A DNA stretch of 64,000 nucleotides, from NCBI GenBank assembly GCA_964474085.1, contig CAYYRJ010000001.1:91631-155630 (forward strand), given 5' to 3'. How positions within the stretch are numbered: position 1 is the first letter of the stretch; each line of letters begins with the position of its first letter. Below, piece by piece: positions 28,720 to 37,613 of this stretch. This DNA is from an uncultured Planctomycetales bacterium (GTDB taxonomy: Bacteria > Omnitrophota > Gorgyraeia > Zapsychrales > JANLHA01). Both the position numbers and the translations under genes were made by a program. The notes under the pieces were generated by a model. It was not told the origin of the DNA and did no database searches. It saw only the letters and a program-made list of their open reading frames with translations.

Positions 28720-29010
28720 ATGAATTCATATTTTGTTTATATTCTTGCAAGTAAAAAGAATGGGACATTATATATTGGTGTTACTTCAAACCTAATAAAG
28801 CGTATTTGGGAACATAAACAAGGCCTTGTTGAAGGATTTACAAAGAAATACAATGTCCATCGTCTTGTTTATTTTGAAGAAACACCTGACATCGAAAGCG
28901 CAATAATTCGTGAGAAGCAAATGAAGAAATGGAAACGTCAATGGAAAATAGAATTAATTGAAGAAATGAATCCTGCATGGGATGATTTATATGACAGTAT
29001 TATTAAATAA
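28720..29010 (+). CDS. GIY-YIG nuclease family protein (small, YhbQ/COG2827-like)
   Basis: YFVYILASKKNGTLYIGVTSNLIKRIWEHKQG...REKQMKKWKR is a GIY-YIG catalytic module of about 90 aa. The gene is bracketed by inverted hairpin repeats. Confidence 0.75.
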   Translation: MNSYFVYILASKKNGTLYIGVTSNLIKRIWEHKQGLVEGFTKKYNVHRLVYFEETPDIESAIIREKQMKKWKRQWKIELIEEMNPAWDDLYDSIIK

Positions 29011-29036
29011 TGGATTCCCGCTTTCGCGGGAATGAC
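29010..29036. repeat. Right terminal hairpin flanking the GIY-YIG gene
   Basis: atggattcccgctttcgcgggaatgac, the reverse complement (with 3 mismatches) of 28676-28702. Confidence 0.6.
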
Positions 29037-29078
29037 AGAGTGGGCGTCGGGAATGACAGGGTGGGAAGCGGGAATGAG
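29030..29078. repeat. Short tandem repeat (21-bp unit, about 2.3 copies) derived from the hairpin arm
   Basis: gggaatgacagagtgggcgtc gggaatgacagggtgggaagc gggaatgag. Confidence 0.5.
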
Positions 29079-29481
29079 AAAATTCATCTTAATAATTTCT
29101 TGGTGCGTTTTAGCTGTCGGTTATAACAATCAATTTTGTTTTGCTGCAGCTAAAGCAAAAAATGTTGAAATTGAAGCTTATTATCAAACTGTTTTTGATG
29201 ACAGTATGGTCAATATCATTATTGATTTTGATAATTGGGAAAAGGTGGAACTTACTATTCGTAAACCCGCCGAGATTGAAACCGGAATAGAAAATATAAA
29301 AAAGGTTCTTACTGAATTAAAATCAGAAAAGGATTTGGTCGTCGTTAGGGTAGCCCCAGGAACATTTCGTGATATAGCAATAGATTTTGTGGCACTATTA
29401 AAGAAGTGTGGTGTTGGAAAGATTATTTTTGTGGAAGCAAGAGGAAAATCTTCTGGTCCAATAATGCAAGTTATAGAATAA
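29073..29481 (+). CDS. Hypothetical small secreted protein
   Basis: ATG 29073 (MRKFILIISWCVLAVGYNNQFCFAAAKA is a signal peptide). The longer track ORF starts inside the repeat. No recognisable domain. Confidence 0.45.
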
Positions 29482-29510
29482 TTTGAAAATTTTAAAGGAA
29501 GGCTGTTGAA

Positions 29511-30911
29511 ATGCTTCGGACACATACATGCGGGGAATTAAGAAAAGAACATAAAGATCAGCTGGTGACTTTGTGTGGTTGGGTGCATCGGCGTCGGGAT
29601 CACGGCAAATTGACGTTTATTGATATTCGTGATCGTTATGGCGTGACACAAGTTGTTTTTATCCCATCCGTTGCTAAATTAGCGCACGAAAAAGCACAAA
29701 CGCTAGGGCCCGAATTTGTCGTCCAGATTACCGGCAAAGTCAATGTGCGTCCGCCCAAGAATGTCAACCCTGAACTTGCCACCGGCGAAACAGAATTAGT
29801 CGCCGAGCAGTTGGAAATTCTTAATACGAGCAAAGTCCCTGTTTTTGAAATCGACAGCGCTGTCGAAGCCTCTGAAGAATTGCGTTTGACCTATCGCTAT
29901 TTGGATATCCGTCGGGATAAGGTGCGTGAGGCTTTACTTTTGCGTCACAAACTTTGCCAGATTATGCGAAAGGTTATGAATGGCGAAAATTTTATCGAGG
30001 TCGAAACGCCGATCCTGACAAAGTCAACGCCAGAAGGCGCCCGGGACTTTTTGGTGCCGTCGCGTTTAAATCCGGGCACGTTTTATGCACTGCCGCAATC
30101 GCCGCAACTGTTTAAACAGCTTCTGATGGTCTCGGGTATGGACCGTTATTTCCAGATCGTTAAATGTTTCCGCGACGAGGATTTGCGCGCTGACCGCCAG
30201 CCGGAGTTTACACAGCTGGATATTGAAATGTCTTTTGTCACACAGGAAGATATTTTTTCACTGACTGAGAATTTATTTAAACAAATTTTTAAAGAAATCA
30301 AAGGCATTGACCTTCCTACACCTTTTCCTCGCATGACGCATGCCGACGCTATGAAAAATTATCAAAGCGACAAGCCGGACATCCGTAAAGAGGGTGATAA
30401 ATTTGCGTTTCTTTGGGTTGTGGATTTTCCAATGTTCAAATATAATAAGGACGAAAAAAGATGGGAAAGTGAACATCATCCGTTTACGTCATTGCATGAG
30501 GACGATGTCCATCTTTTGGAAGAGGGCAAGTTTGATCAGATCCGCGCCCGTTCGTATGATTTGGTATTAAACGGGACCGAGTTAGGCAGCGGATCTATCC
30601 GTATTCATCGACGGGAATTGCAAAGAAAGATTTTTGAAATTATCGGGCTTACCGATGAAGAAGCAGAAAAGCGGTTTGGATTTTTGTTGCGTGCTTTTGA
30701 ATACGGCGCGCCTCCGCATGCGGGTGTCGCTTACGGAGTTGATCGTTTGGTCAGTATTCTCGCAGGGTTGGATTCGATAAGAGATACGATGGCATTTCCA
30801 AAAACACAAAAGGGCAGCTGTCTTTTAACAGATGCTCCGTCAACAATTGACGAAAAGCAATTAACTGAGTTAGGACTCATGACGCTCAAAAAAGGAGAGA
30901 AGCATGTCTAG
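29511..30911 (+). CDS. aspS: Aspartate--tRNA ligase, short form (466 aa, lacks the bacterial GAD insertion domain)
   Basis: The N-terminal OB fold MLRTHTCGELRKEHKDQLVTLCGWVHRRRDHGKLTFIDIRDRYGVTQVVF is followed by class II motifs (FRDEDLRADRQPEFTQLD, GSGSIRIHRRE, GAPPHAGVAYGVDRL). Confidence 0.85.
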   Translation: MLRTHTCGELRKEHKDQLVTLCGWVHRRRDHGKLTFIDIRDRYGVTQVVFIPSVAKLAHEKAQTLGPEFVVQITGKVNVRPPKNVNPELATGETELVAEQLEILNTSKVPVFEIDSAVEASEELRLTYRYLDIRRDKVREALLLRHKLCQIMRKVMNGENFIEVETPILTKSTPEGARDFLVPSRLNPGTFYALPQSPQLFKQLLMVSGMDRYFQIVKCFRDEDLRADRQPEFTQLDIEMSFVTQEDIFSLTENLFKQIFKEIKGIDLPTPFPRMTHADAMKNYQSDKPDIRKEGDKFAFLWVVDFPMFKYNKDEKRWESEHHPFTSLHEDDVHLLEEGKFDQIRARSYDLVLNGTELGSGSIRIHRRELQRKIFEIIGLTDEEAEKRFGFLLRAFEYGAPPHAGVAYGVDRLVSILAGLDSIRDTMAFPKTQKGSCLLTDAPSTIDEKQLTELGLMTLKKGEKHV

Positions 30912-31479
30912 AAAATTTGTACTACAATCCCTCTTAGGTGTGTTGGCTTTGGCAGTCGCCGGATGCGCCGGCACAACCGCTACGAGTGGTGGTGTTGAAA
31001 CCCGCGCCTATATTGCAGAAAAAGATCGGGTGGACCAAAAGATGGAAGGCGGTAACTTTGGGTATGTCAACGGAACGCCCAAACAGCCTGATTTGTCTAA
31101 GATGTCCAAATCGCGCAAAGTTTATGTTTTGGAATTTACCAAAAATCCCGATGTAACACCGGATCAACTTCGCAAAGGCGCGCCTCCAGTCGAACCTGTG
31201 ACGATCAATGTCCCGCAACGTCGTGCCCCTGAGCCGGTTTCGTCGTATGAGGCCCCAGCACCGATTGTGATTGAACCCCCAGCTTCCCAAGTTGATTCCA
31301 CAGAAAGTGCTGCAGCGACTCCTAGCGAGTATGTCATCCAAAAAAATGACACTTTGCAGAAGATTTCTAAAAAAGTTTATGGCACTTATAGCAAATGGTA
31401 CAAAATTTATGAAGCCAATAAGGACATCATTCCTGACGCTAATCGTATTAAGCCGGGAATAACGATCCGGATTCCTTAA
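30904..31479 (+). CDS. LysM domain lipoprotein
   Basis: Lipobox LALAVAGCAG and a Pro-rich linker. The C-terminal LysM is YVIQKNDTLQKISKKVYGTYSKWYKIYEANKD...IKPGITIRIP. Confidence 0.7.
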   Translation: MSRKFVLQSLLGVLALAVAGCAGTTATSGGVETRAYIAEKDRVDQKMEGGNFGYVNGTPKQPDLSKMSKSRKVYVLEFTKNPDVTPDQLRKGAPPVEPVTINVPQRRAPEPVSSYEAPAPIVIEPPASQVDSTESAAATPSEYVIQKNDTLQKISKKVYGTYSKWYKIYEANKDIIPDANRIKPGITIRIP

Positions 31480-31506
31480 ATTTGAAAGGCAAAGGCCGTT
31501 AAATCA

Positions 31507-32478
31507 ATGGATCGTATTATTTATCTAAACAATAACAAGAACCTGCAGGCTCTTTTTGGAAAATACGATCAGAATTTAAAGCTGATCGAAGATGAACTCA
31601 AAGTCCGCGTTGTCCGACACGAAAATGGATTGAAAGTTTCGGGCGACGATGGTTCGGTCGAGAAGGTCAGCGACTTAGTTGATTACTTGATTTCAATTAC
31701 CGACGACGGTCGCGAGGTCAAACGGCAAGATATTGTTTATGCCATTGACCTGACGAAGCCGGGCAAAGGTTTTGATTTTAAGAGGTTGGCCAAAGAAAAG
31801 ATTGAAGTTTACCTGCGCGGCGGGCTTGTCATCCCTAAAACCAAAGGGCAAATTGAGTACGTCGAGGCGATCAAAAAACATGATATCGTTTTTGCCGTCG
31901 GGCCAGCTGGGACAGGAAAAACTTATCTGGCTATGGCGATGGCAGTCAATGCGCTTAAAAAGGGCATCGTCCGGCGTATTATTTTGACCCGTCCGGCGAT
32001 TGAAGCGGGTGAGAATTTAGGATTTTTACCCGGGGATATGGTCGAAAAAGTTTTGCCGTACTTACGTCCCTTGTATGATGCGCTTTATGACATGATGGAG
32101 CCGGATCAGGTTGAGCAGTATACCGAACAGGGGATCATTGAAGTAGCTCCCTTGGCTTTTATGCGCGGTCGGACGCTTAATGATGCATTTGTCATTCTTG
32201 ATGAGGCGCAGAATTCGACGCCTTTTCAGATGAAAATGTTTTTAACGCGTTTGGGCTTTGATTCCAAAACGGTCATAACAGGCGACATTACGCAAAGCGA
32301 TTTGCCCAAAGGCTCCTTGATTGGGCTTGTGGATGCGGAAAATATTTTGCGGGAAACAGAAGGAATCAAGTTTGTTCATTTAAACGGCGATGATGTCGTC
32401 CGCCATGAACTGGTGCAACGGATCATCGAAGCTTACGGCAAATCTGACGAGCAGACGGGTAAGAATATCCTCTCTTAA
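31507..32478 (+). CDS. phoH: PhoH family ATPase (PhoH-like / YbeZ)
   Basis: Walker A VFAVGPAGTGKTYLAMAMAV and the PhoH signature. Part of the conserved phoH-(7TM-HD)-ybeY neighbourhood. Confidence 0.85.
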   Translation: MDRIIYLNNNKNLQALFGKYDQNLKLIEDELKVRVVRHENGLKVSGDDGSVEKVSDLVDYLISITDDGREVKRQDIVYAIDLTKPGKGFDFKRLAKEKIEVYLRGGLVIPKTKGQIEYVEAIKKHDIVFAVGPAGTGKTYLAMAMAVNALKKGIVRRIILTRPAIEAGENLGFLPGDMVEKVLPYLRPLYDALYDMMEPDQVEQYTEQGIIEVAPLAFMRGRTLNDAFVILDEAQNSTPFQMKMFLTRLGFDSKTVITGDITQSDLPKGSLIGLVDAENILRETEGIKFVHLNGDDVVRHELVQRIIEAYGKSDEQTGKNILS

Positions 32479-32491
32479 CCGAATTCTATTT

Positions 32492-33943
32492 ATGAAGCCT
32501 CCCATAAAAATCAAACTCACTTACCGCGATTCTCTTTTGTCGTTGGGGGTTGTTTTTTTTCTTACTATTTTTTGTAAATCCGTTGGCTTGCCGCTGATCA
32601 TTCCGTTTTTGCTGCTTTTTTTGGGTCTGCATTTATTTTTCTTTAATAAAAGCAGTATTAAATTGTTTTTAAGCCTGGGGCTTTTACTGACCATTGTTGT
32701 TTTTGCGATGACGATGATGCAAACGTATTCGACGGCCTGTCCGCTTTATTTGCCGGTGGCCGGTATTGCCATGCTGACGATGCTTTTGTTTGATGATTTG
32801 CAGCTGGTTTTTATTATGTCGTTTTTAAGCAGTGTGTTTGCGGGATTGATGTTTAGCCCTCGCTGGCTTTTGAATTTGGGAGTCACTCCGCTGGATGTTA
32901 TGCTCATTTTTTTTATCGGCGGTTTGGCGGGCGCTTACTCGGTGCGCGATGCCCGCACGCGCGGTACTTTGATTGCCGCCGGGTTTTATGTCGGGATTAT
33001 TCAGACGGTTGTGATGGTCTTGATTCATCGTGATTTTTTGTTGCAATGGACGCCGGATTCATTTAAATCGTACTTGTCGCCGGCTTTTTCAAGTGGAATG
33101 TTGTGCGTCGGGGTCGTTTCCTCTTTGAAAGTTTTTGAGTACTTGTTCAGCGTGATTACTAATTTTAGTTTGCTTGAACTGGCGGATTTTAATCAACCGC
33201 TTCTTAAACGCATGATTTTGGAAGCTCCGGGCACGTATCATCACAGCTTGGTCGTTAGCAATATTGCCGAAGCGGCCGCGGATGCCATTGGAGCTAATGC
33301 GCTTTTGACGCGTGTCGGTGCGTATTATCATGATATCGGCAAATTGGTCAAACCGGACTATTTTACTGAAAATCAGATTTCTGTGGGCAACAAGCATGAC
33401 GATCTTGAGCCGTCGATTAGCCGGCTGGTTATTCTTAATCATGTCAAGGAAGGCATAGAGTTGGCCAAAAAATATCGTTTAAATCCGATTATAACCAATT
33501 TTATTCCCGAGCATCACGGGACGAGCCTTATGCATTATTTTTACCAAAGAGCGCTTACCAAAACACCTGACATCGACGAGGTGGATGAAGAAAATTATCG
33601 TTATCCTGGGCCTAAGCCACAGCGCAAAGAAACGGCGATTGTGCTTTTGGCAGATTCTGCGGAAGCCGCCACACGTTCTTTGGAAGATTTGACGCCTGGC
33701 CGCATTGAAGAGGTTGTGCGCAAAGTCATCAATAATAAATTTATCGACGGACAGTTGGATGAAAGCAATCTGACTTTAAAGGAAATTGAAACAATTGCGG
33801 TGACTTTTACGCGCAGTTTAAGTGCTGCGTATCACGGCCGCGTCAAATATCCGGAACTTAAAAATGCCAGTGACTATCGAAATCCAAAATCTACAGACGA
33901 CAATTCCACTCAATTGCGCCCATCTGACGAAAACCATCCGTAA
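32492..33943 (+). CDS. 7TM receptor with intracellular HD/HDIG phosphohydrolase domain (YqfF-like)
   Basis: Multiple TM helices followed by the HD domain YHHSLVVSNIAEAAADAIGANALLTRVGAYYHDIGK. The start is moved to ATG 32492 from the track's 32390, which overlaps phoH. The 3' end overlaps ybeY in another frame. Confidence 0.75.
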   Translation: MKPPIKIKLTYRDSLLSLGVVFFLTIFCKSVGLPLIIPFLLLFLGLHLFFFNKSSIKLFLSLGLLLTIVVFAMTMMQTYSTACPLYLPVAGIAMLTMLLFDDLQLVFIMSFLSSVFAGLMFSPRWLLNLGVTPLDVMLIFFIGGLAGAYSVRDARTRGTLIAAGFYVGIIQTVVMVLIHRDFLLQWTPDSFKSYLSPAFSSGMLCVGVVSSLKVFEYLFSVITNFSLLELADFNQPLLKRMILEAPGTYHHSLVVSNIAEAAADAIGANALLTRVGAYYHDIGKLVKPDYFTENQISVGNKHDDLEPSISRLVILNHVKEGIELAKKYRLNPIITNFIPEHHGTSLMHYFYQRALTKTPDIDEVDEENYRYPGPKPQRKETAIVLLADSAEAATRSLEDLTPGRIEEVVRKVINNKFIDGQLDESNLTLKEIETIAVTFTRSLSAAYHGRVKYPELKNASDYRNPKSTDDNSTQLRPSDENHP

Positions 33944-34289
33944 AGTTTTTAAAAGTTTGCAGCTAATAAGCGGACAACTTTCATTTGTCTTTGTCAGCGA
34001 TGCAAAAATGAAAACTTTAAACAAAAAGTTTTTGCGGCATGATTTTGCGACTGATGTTTTGACCTTTGATTGGAAACAGAGTGGCAGTGCGCTTGATATC
34101 GACGGAGAAATTATTATTTCTGTGCAAACCGCCAAACGCAATGCGCTGGAGTATGATGCGAGCGTCAAACGTGAGATTTTGCTTTATATGATTCATGGAA
34201 TTTTGCATCTTTGCGGATTTGATGACAAGAGCCCCCGTCAGGTCAAGCAAATGCGTGATAAAGAAAAAAAACTTTTGGCTCTCTTATGA
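33864..34289 (+). CDS. ybeY: rRNA maturation endoribonuclease YbeY
   Basis: Zinc-binding motif HGILHLCGFDD. Start placed at MPVTIEIQN (ATG 33864). The track ORF begins at 33822. Confidence 0.8.
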   Translation: MPVTIEIQNLQTTIPLNCAHLTKTIRKVFKSLQLISGQLSFVFVSDAKMKTLNKKFLRHDFATDVLTFDWKQSGSALDIDGEIIISVQTAKRNALEYDASVKREILLYMIHGILHLCGFDDKSPRQVKQMRDKEKKLLALL

Positions 34290-35020
34290 TTCTTAAGACT
34301 GACGGCATTGTTTTAAAAACGTTTGACCTTCGTGAGACAAGCCGCATAGCAATATTTTTTACCAAAGAGTATGGCAAGGTCAGCGGCGTTCTAAAAGGGA
34401 TTCGCAAAGACCATAAAAAGTTTGGCAGCAGCGTCGATCGGTTTTCCGAAAATTTTATTGTGTATTACCAGTATCGTAATTCGGATTTACATTTGATTAG
34501 TCATTGCGATTTGAAAAGTTATTTTTATCCGATCCGGCAGGACTTGAAAAAATCGTTGGCGGCCAGTTATATTTTGGAATTAGTCAATTTAATAATGCCG
34601 CCGGAGCAGAAGAATGAAAAAGTTTATCAGTTGATGATGGATTTTTTGGAGAGTTTGCAAACTCAAAGCGATCCGAATCTTTTAGTTCATTTTTTTCAGG
34701 TTAAAATTTTGTCTTTGTCGGGGTTTAAGCCGCATTTAGACACGTGCCTTAAGTGCAAAAAACGGATCATAGAGCATGCGCGGTTTAGTTTAAGAGAAGG
34801 AGGCCTTGTCTGCCTGGATTGTGCGGCAGGCGATTTGACCCTTGAGACGCTTTCGCCGGGTGCGGTCTCGTCGATTATTTATGCCGAAAGCCATCCGTGG
34901 CCCGTTTGCCTGCGGCTCAAATTGACGGAGTCGGTGCAAAAGGAGTTGAAGTATGTTTTAAATAATTTTTTGGTTTTTCATTTAGGCCGAAAAATAAAAT
35001 CAGCGAAATATTTGCGCTAA
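34286..35020 (+). CDS. recO: DNA repair protein RecO
   Basis: The N-terminal OB fold MILKTDGIVLKTFDLRETSRIAIFFTKEYGKVSGVLKG and the C-terminal Cys4 zinc motif (CLKCKK...CLDC). Confidence 0.8.
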   Translation: MILKTDGIVLKTFDLRETSRIAIFFTKEYGKVSGVLKGIRKDHKKFGSSVDRFSENFIVYYQYRNSDLHLISHCDLKSYFYPIRQDLKKSLAASYILELVNLIMPPEQKNEKVYQLMMDFLESLQTQSDPNLLVHFFQVKILSLSGFKPHLDTCLKCKKRIIEHARFSLREGGLVCLDCAAGDLTLETLSPGAVSSIIYAESHPWPVCLRLKLTESVQKELKYVLNNFLVFHLGRKIKSAKYLR

Positions 35021-35094
35021 AGCGCAGTTGAATAAGTGGTTGGTCGTTAGTAGCTGGTCGTTGGCAAAAAAATCTAATAAAAAGGAGTATTACA

Positions 35095-35484
35095 ATGTCG
35101 CTTCAGAGAAAAATCATTAAACCTGCGAATGCCCCGGTTGCCGTCGGGCCGTATAATCAAGCTGTTGTGGCTGGGAATTTTGTTTTTACCGCCGGACAAA
35201 TTCCGTTAGATCCGGTCAGTGGCGCTATTGTCGGCACTACGATCAAGGAACAGACCGAGCAGGTTTTAAAAAATTTGCAGGCCGTGCTTATCGGGGCGGG
35301 AACATCGTTTGACAATGCGGTGAAGATGACAGTGTTTCTTAAGGACATGAATGATTTTGCGGGAATGAATGAGGTTTATGCAAAATTTATCCGCGCTGAG
35401 AATGCGCCGGCTCGCTCGACGATACAGGTTGCGCGCTTGCCTAAAGATGCATTGGTCGAAATTGAGGCGGTAGCGATCATTTAG
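35095..35484 (+). CDS. ridA: RidA/YjgF family reactive-intermediate deaminase
   Basis: 129 aa with the APVAVGPYNQAV...GQIPLDP...ARSTIQVARLP signature. Confidence 0.85.
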   Translation: MSLQRKIIKPANAPVAVGPYNQAVVAGNFVFTAGQIPLDPVSGAIVGTTIKEQTEQVLKNLQAVLIGAGTSFDNAVKMTVFLKDMNDFAGMNEVYAKFIRAENAPARSTIQVARLPKDALVEIEAVAII

Positions 35485-35535
35485 ATTCCTTTTTTACGCA
35501 CTGATCTATCGAAGTTGATAAAAATTTGGGTTAAT

Positions 35536-37512
35536 TTATTTGTTGAGGAGAGCTGCTTTTAAACTCTGCACATCATTTTCGAGAGTGGTTAAAATTTTGT
35601 CTTGCTCGGCAATTGTTTTCTTTTGGTCTTTAAGGACGGCCGTCAAGACGGCGGTTACCGGCATAGCGTTTAGGCCTTTGCGCCCTTGTTCGGCGAGAAG
35701 ATCGGGAACATCTTCGGCAATAAACCCGACGTGATGTTCGGCTTTGTCAGCTTTATAATTGTATGTCACAGGATTTAGCTTTTGAAAAGTTTCAAGCGCT
35801 TTTTGTGTCTCAAGCGGTAAAATATTGTCTTTGAATTTTTGGCTTGACGTGTTGGTCCAAACTCCGCCGACGGTCAAATAAGCGCCGTTACCATTGGTTA
35901 CTCCGGTTCCGATTTGTAATGGGTAGCCTGGATTATATTTGGCTATGCCGACATAGCCGTTATTTTTGACAATAAAAATATTGCCGGCAGTTGCAGCATT
36001 TGTTGATGTTAGCGCCAAAAAGTCACTGGGATTTGCTGCGGGTAAGGTAATGCTCAAAATAGCGCTGGGATTTGTTTCACCGATACTAAGTCGTGGATTA
36101 ACAGGACTTCCTCCGCTTGTTCCGGGAGCCAAGATAAAAGCATCAGCGGCAGTTATATTAACTGTGGTATCTGAATAGCCCCAAACAAAAGTTCGGTCGG
36201 CCGCAGTAGAAAGATTCATATAACGTCCGCCCACCCAAGAATAATCACCAGCGACCGTGTTATGGTCACCTCCCGCGATCACCGAATAATGTCCCGATGC
36301 GGTATTATTTGATCCGGCTGCGATTATTGAGGATGTTCCGCTAGCGGTATTGCTTAATCCTCCTAGGACAGTTGCATAAGTTCCCGAGGCTGTGTTTGAT
36401 TTTCCTCCGGAAACGACGGCCCAATCACTTGAAACTGTATTAGAATCTCCCCCGCCGATAACCGAATAAGAACCGCTTGCATTATTTGTATTTCCGCCAC
36501 CGACATAACTATAGGGTCCATTTGCGATGTTAGATTTTCCGCCGCCTATGGCAGCATAATTACCATTGATCCCATTTTGAACGCCTCCGCCGATAAACGT
36601 GTAATTTTTTCCTGTGACATTATTACCTGATCCACCGGAAATCGTTGAATAAGTGCTGTTGACGGCGATCACATTAAATGTTCCGCCACCGATTGTTTCG
36701 CCAATGCCCGAGGAAACATTATTTGCTCCGCCGCCAATCGTATTATAGTCTCCGGTGGCTCCATTTGAAGCCCCAGAAACGGCCGAATATTGGCTTGATA
36801 TTGTGTTTGATTCTCCACCTGTGATCGTTGAATAAGCTCCAGTGACGCTGTTGTTTTTTCCACCCGCGACAGTGCAATAATCGGCGCTGGCTATATTAAA
36901 GATTCCGCTAACGGTTGAGGCGCTGCCTGTTACCGTCGGCCTATCGCCAAATCCGACGGAATAATTTCCAAGATTGATGTCATCTGTAACATTGCTTCGA
37001 TCCCAAACTGCCCGAAAAACCGCTTTGCGTGGGTACCAGATAAAACGGGCAATGGGCGGGGTTACTCCGTTGCTAGGGTAAGATGTTACGGTTCCGCTAT
37101 TGAAGGTTCCCATCGCTAAAATTCCGCCGTCATTGTCCAGCGTTAATTTAAAATTAGGGACAGATGTCCCGATCCCTGCAAAAATAAGCGGCTTGCTGTC
37201 CGTATCCTTTGGATAAACATAATTTCCTAAGGTCGTCCATACATTGCTTAAAGGTCCCCACGTACCGACGCCGAGAACATCGTGGCAATAAAAGATTTTT
37301 CCGCTGGACTGTTCGACGCTCAGTGTTCCTATTGTACAGGTGGCGGGAAGACTTGTTTGCGGGATTAGAGTCATCCGGTCAAAAGCGCCTTGCGGTGCGG
37401 GATAGTACGTTGTCAATTGAATATTTCCGGCTTTGCTGATCGTCGGGCAAGCTAAGAATGCGAGCGTAAACCAAACTATCAGCATTAATTTGTTTAATAT
37501 TGAAAAATACAT
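35536..37512 (-). CDS. Secreted tail-fibre-like protein A: G/S/N-rich repeat core plus C-terminal phage-type intramolecular chaperone (peptidase S74) domain
   Basis: Start set at MYFSILNKLMLIVWFTLAFLACPTISKA (signal peptide), because the track's N-terminal extension translates the hairpin repeat. N-terminal YYPAPQGAFDRMTLIPQ module. About 20 SGGxSNTxSGxYSxIxGG repeats. The C-terminus SSQKFKDNILPLETQKALETFQKLNPVTYNYK...HVGFIAEDVPDLLA...TAVLTAVLKDQ matches the endosialidase/tail-spike chaperone fold. Confidence 0.75.
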   Translation of the reverse strand: MYFSILNKLMLIVWFTLAFLACPTISKAGNIQLTTYYPAPQGAFDRMTLIPQTSLPATCTIGTLSVEQSSGKIFYCHDVLGVGTWGPLSNVWTTLGNYVYPKDTDSKPLIFAGIGTSVPNFKLTLDNDGGILAMGTFNSGTVTSYPSNGVTPPIARFIWYPRKAVFRAVWDRSNVTDDINLGNYSVGFGDRPTVTGSASTVSGIFNIASADYCTVAGGKNNSVTGAYSTITGGESNTISSQYSAVSGASNGATGDYNTIGGGANNVSSGIGETIGGGTFNVIAVNSTYSTISGGSGNNVTGKNYTFIGGGVQNGINGNYAAIGGGKSNIANGPYSYVGGGNTNNASGSYSVIGGGDSNTVSSDWAVVSGGKSNTASGTYATVLGGLSNTASGTSSIIAAGSNNTASGHYSVIAGGDHNTVAGDYSWVGGRYMNLSTAADRTFVWGYSDTTVNITAADAFILAPGTSGGSPVNPRLSIGETNPSAILSITLPAANPSDFLALTSTNAATAGNIFIVKNNGYVGIAKYNPGYPLQIGTGVTNGNGAYLTVGGVWTNTSSQKFKDNILPLETQKALETFQKLNPVTYNYKADKAEHHVGFIAEDVPDLLAEQGRKGLNAMPVTAVLTAVLKDQKKTIAEQDKILTTLENDVQSLKAALLNK

Positions 37513-37520
37513 GTTCTCTG

Positions 37521-37580
37521 GCATTCTGAAGCCAACAGCCGAAGAATCTAAATCATGATCCTTCGCTTCGCTTACGATGA
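37521..37580. repeat. Hairpin family H, degenerate copy in the spacer between tail-fibre-like genes A and B
   Basis: cattctgaagccaacagccgaagaatct-aaatcat-gatccttcgcttcgcttacgatgac. Confidence 0.5.
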
Positions 37581-37613
37581 CAGAAATTAGTATATTGTGT
37601 TTATTTTTCATCA

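Noticed and set aside
29030-29078. CRISPR-like short tandem repeats
   Set aside because: There are only about 2.3 copies of a 21-bp unit, with no spacers and no cas genes. The unit is a reiteration of the GIY-YIG flanking hairpin arm.
32390-32491. ORF-track start of the 7TM-HD gene at 32390, overlapping phoH by 89 nt
   Set aside because: The overlapping N-terminal peptide (MMSSAMNWCNGSS...) lacks any TM or HD features and has no RBS. ATG 32492, just after the phoH stop, is a better start.
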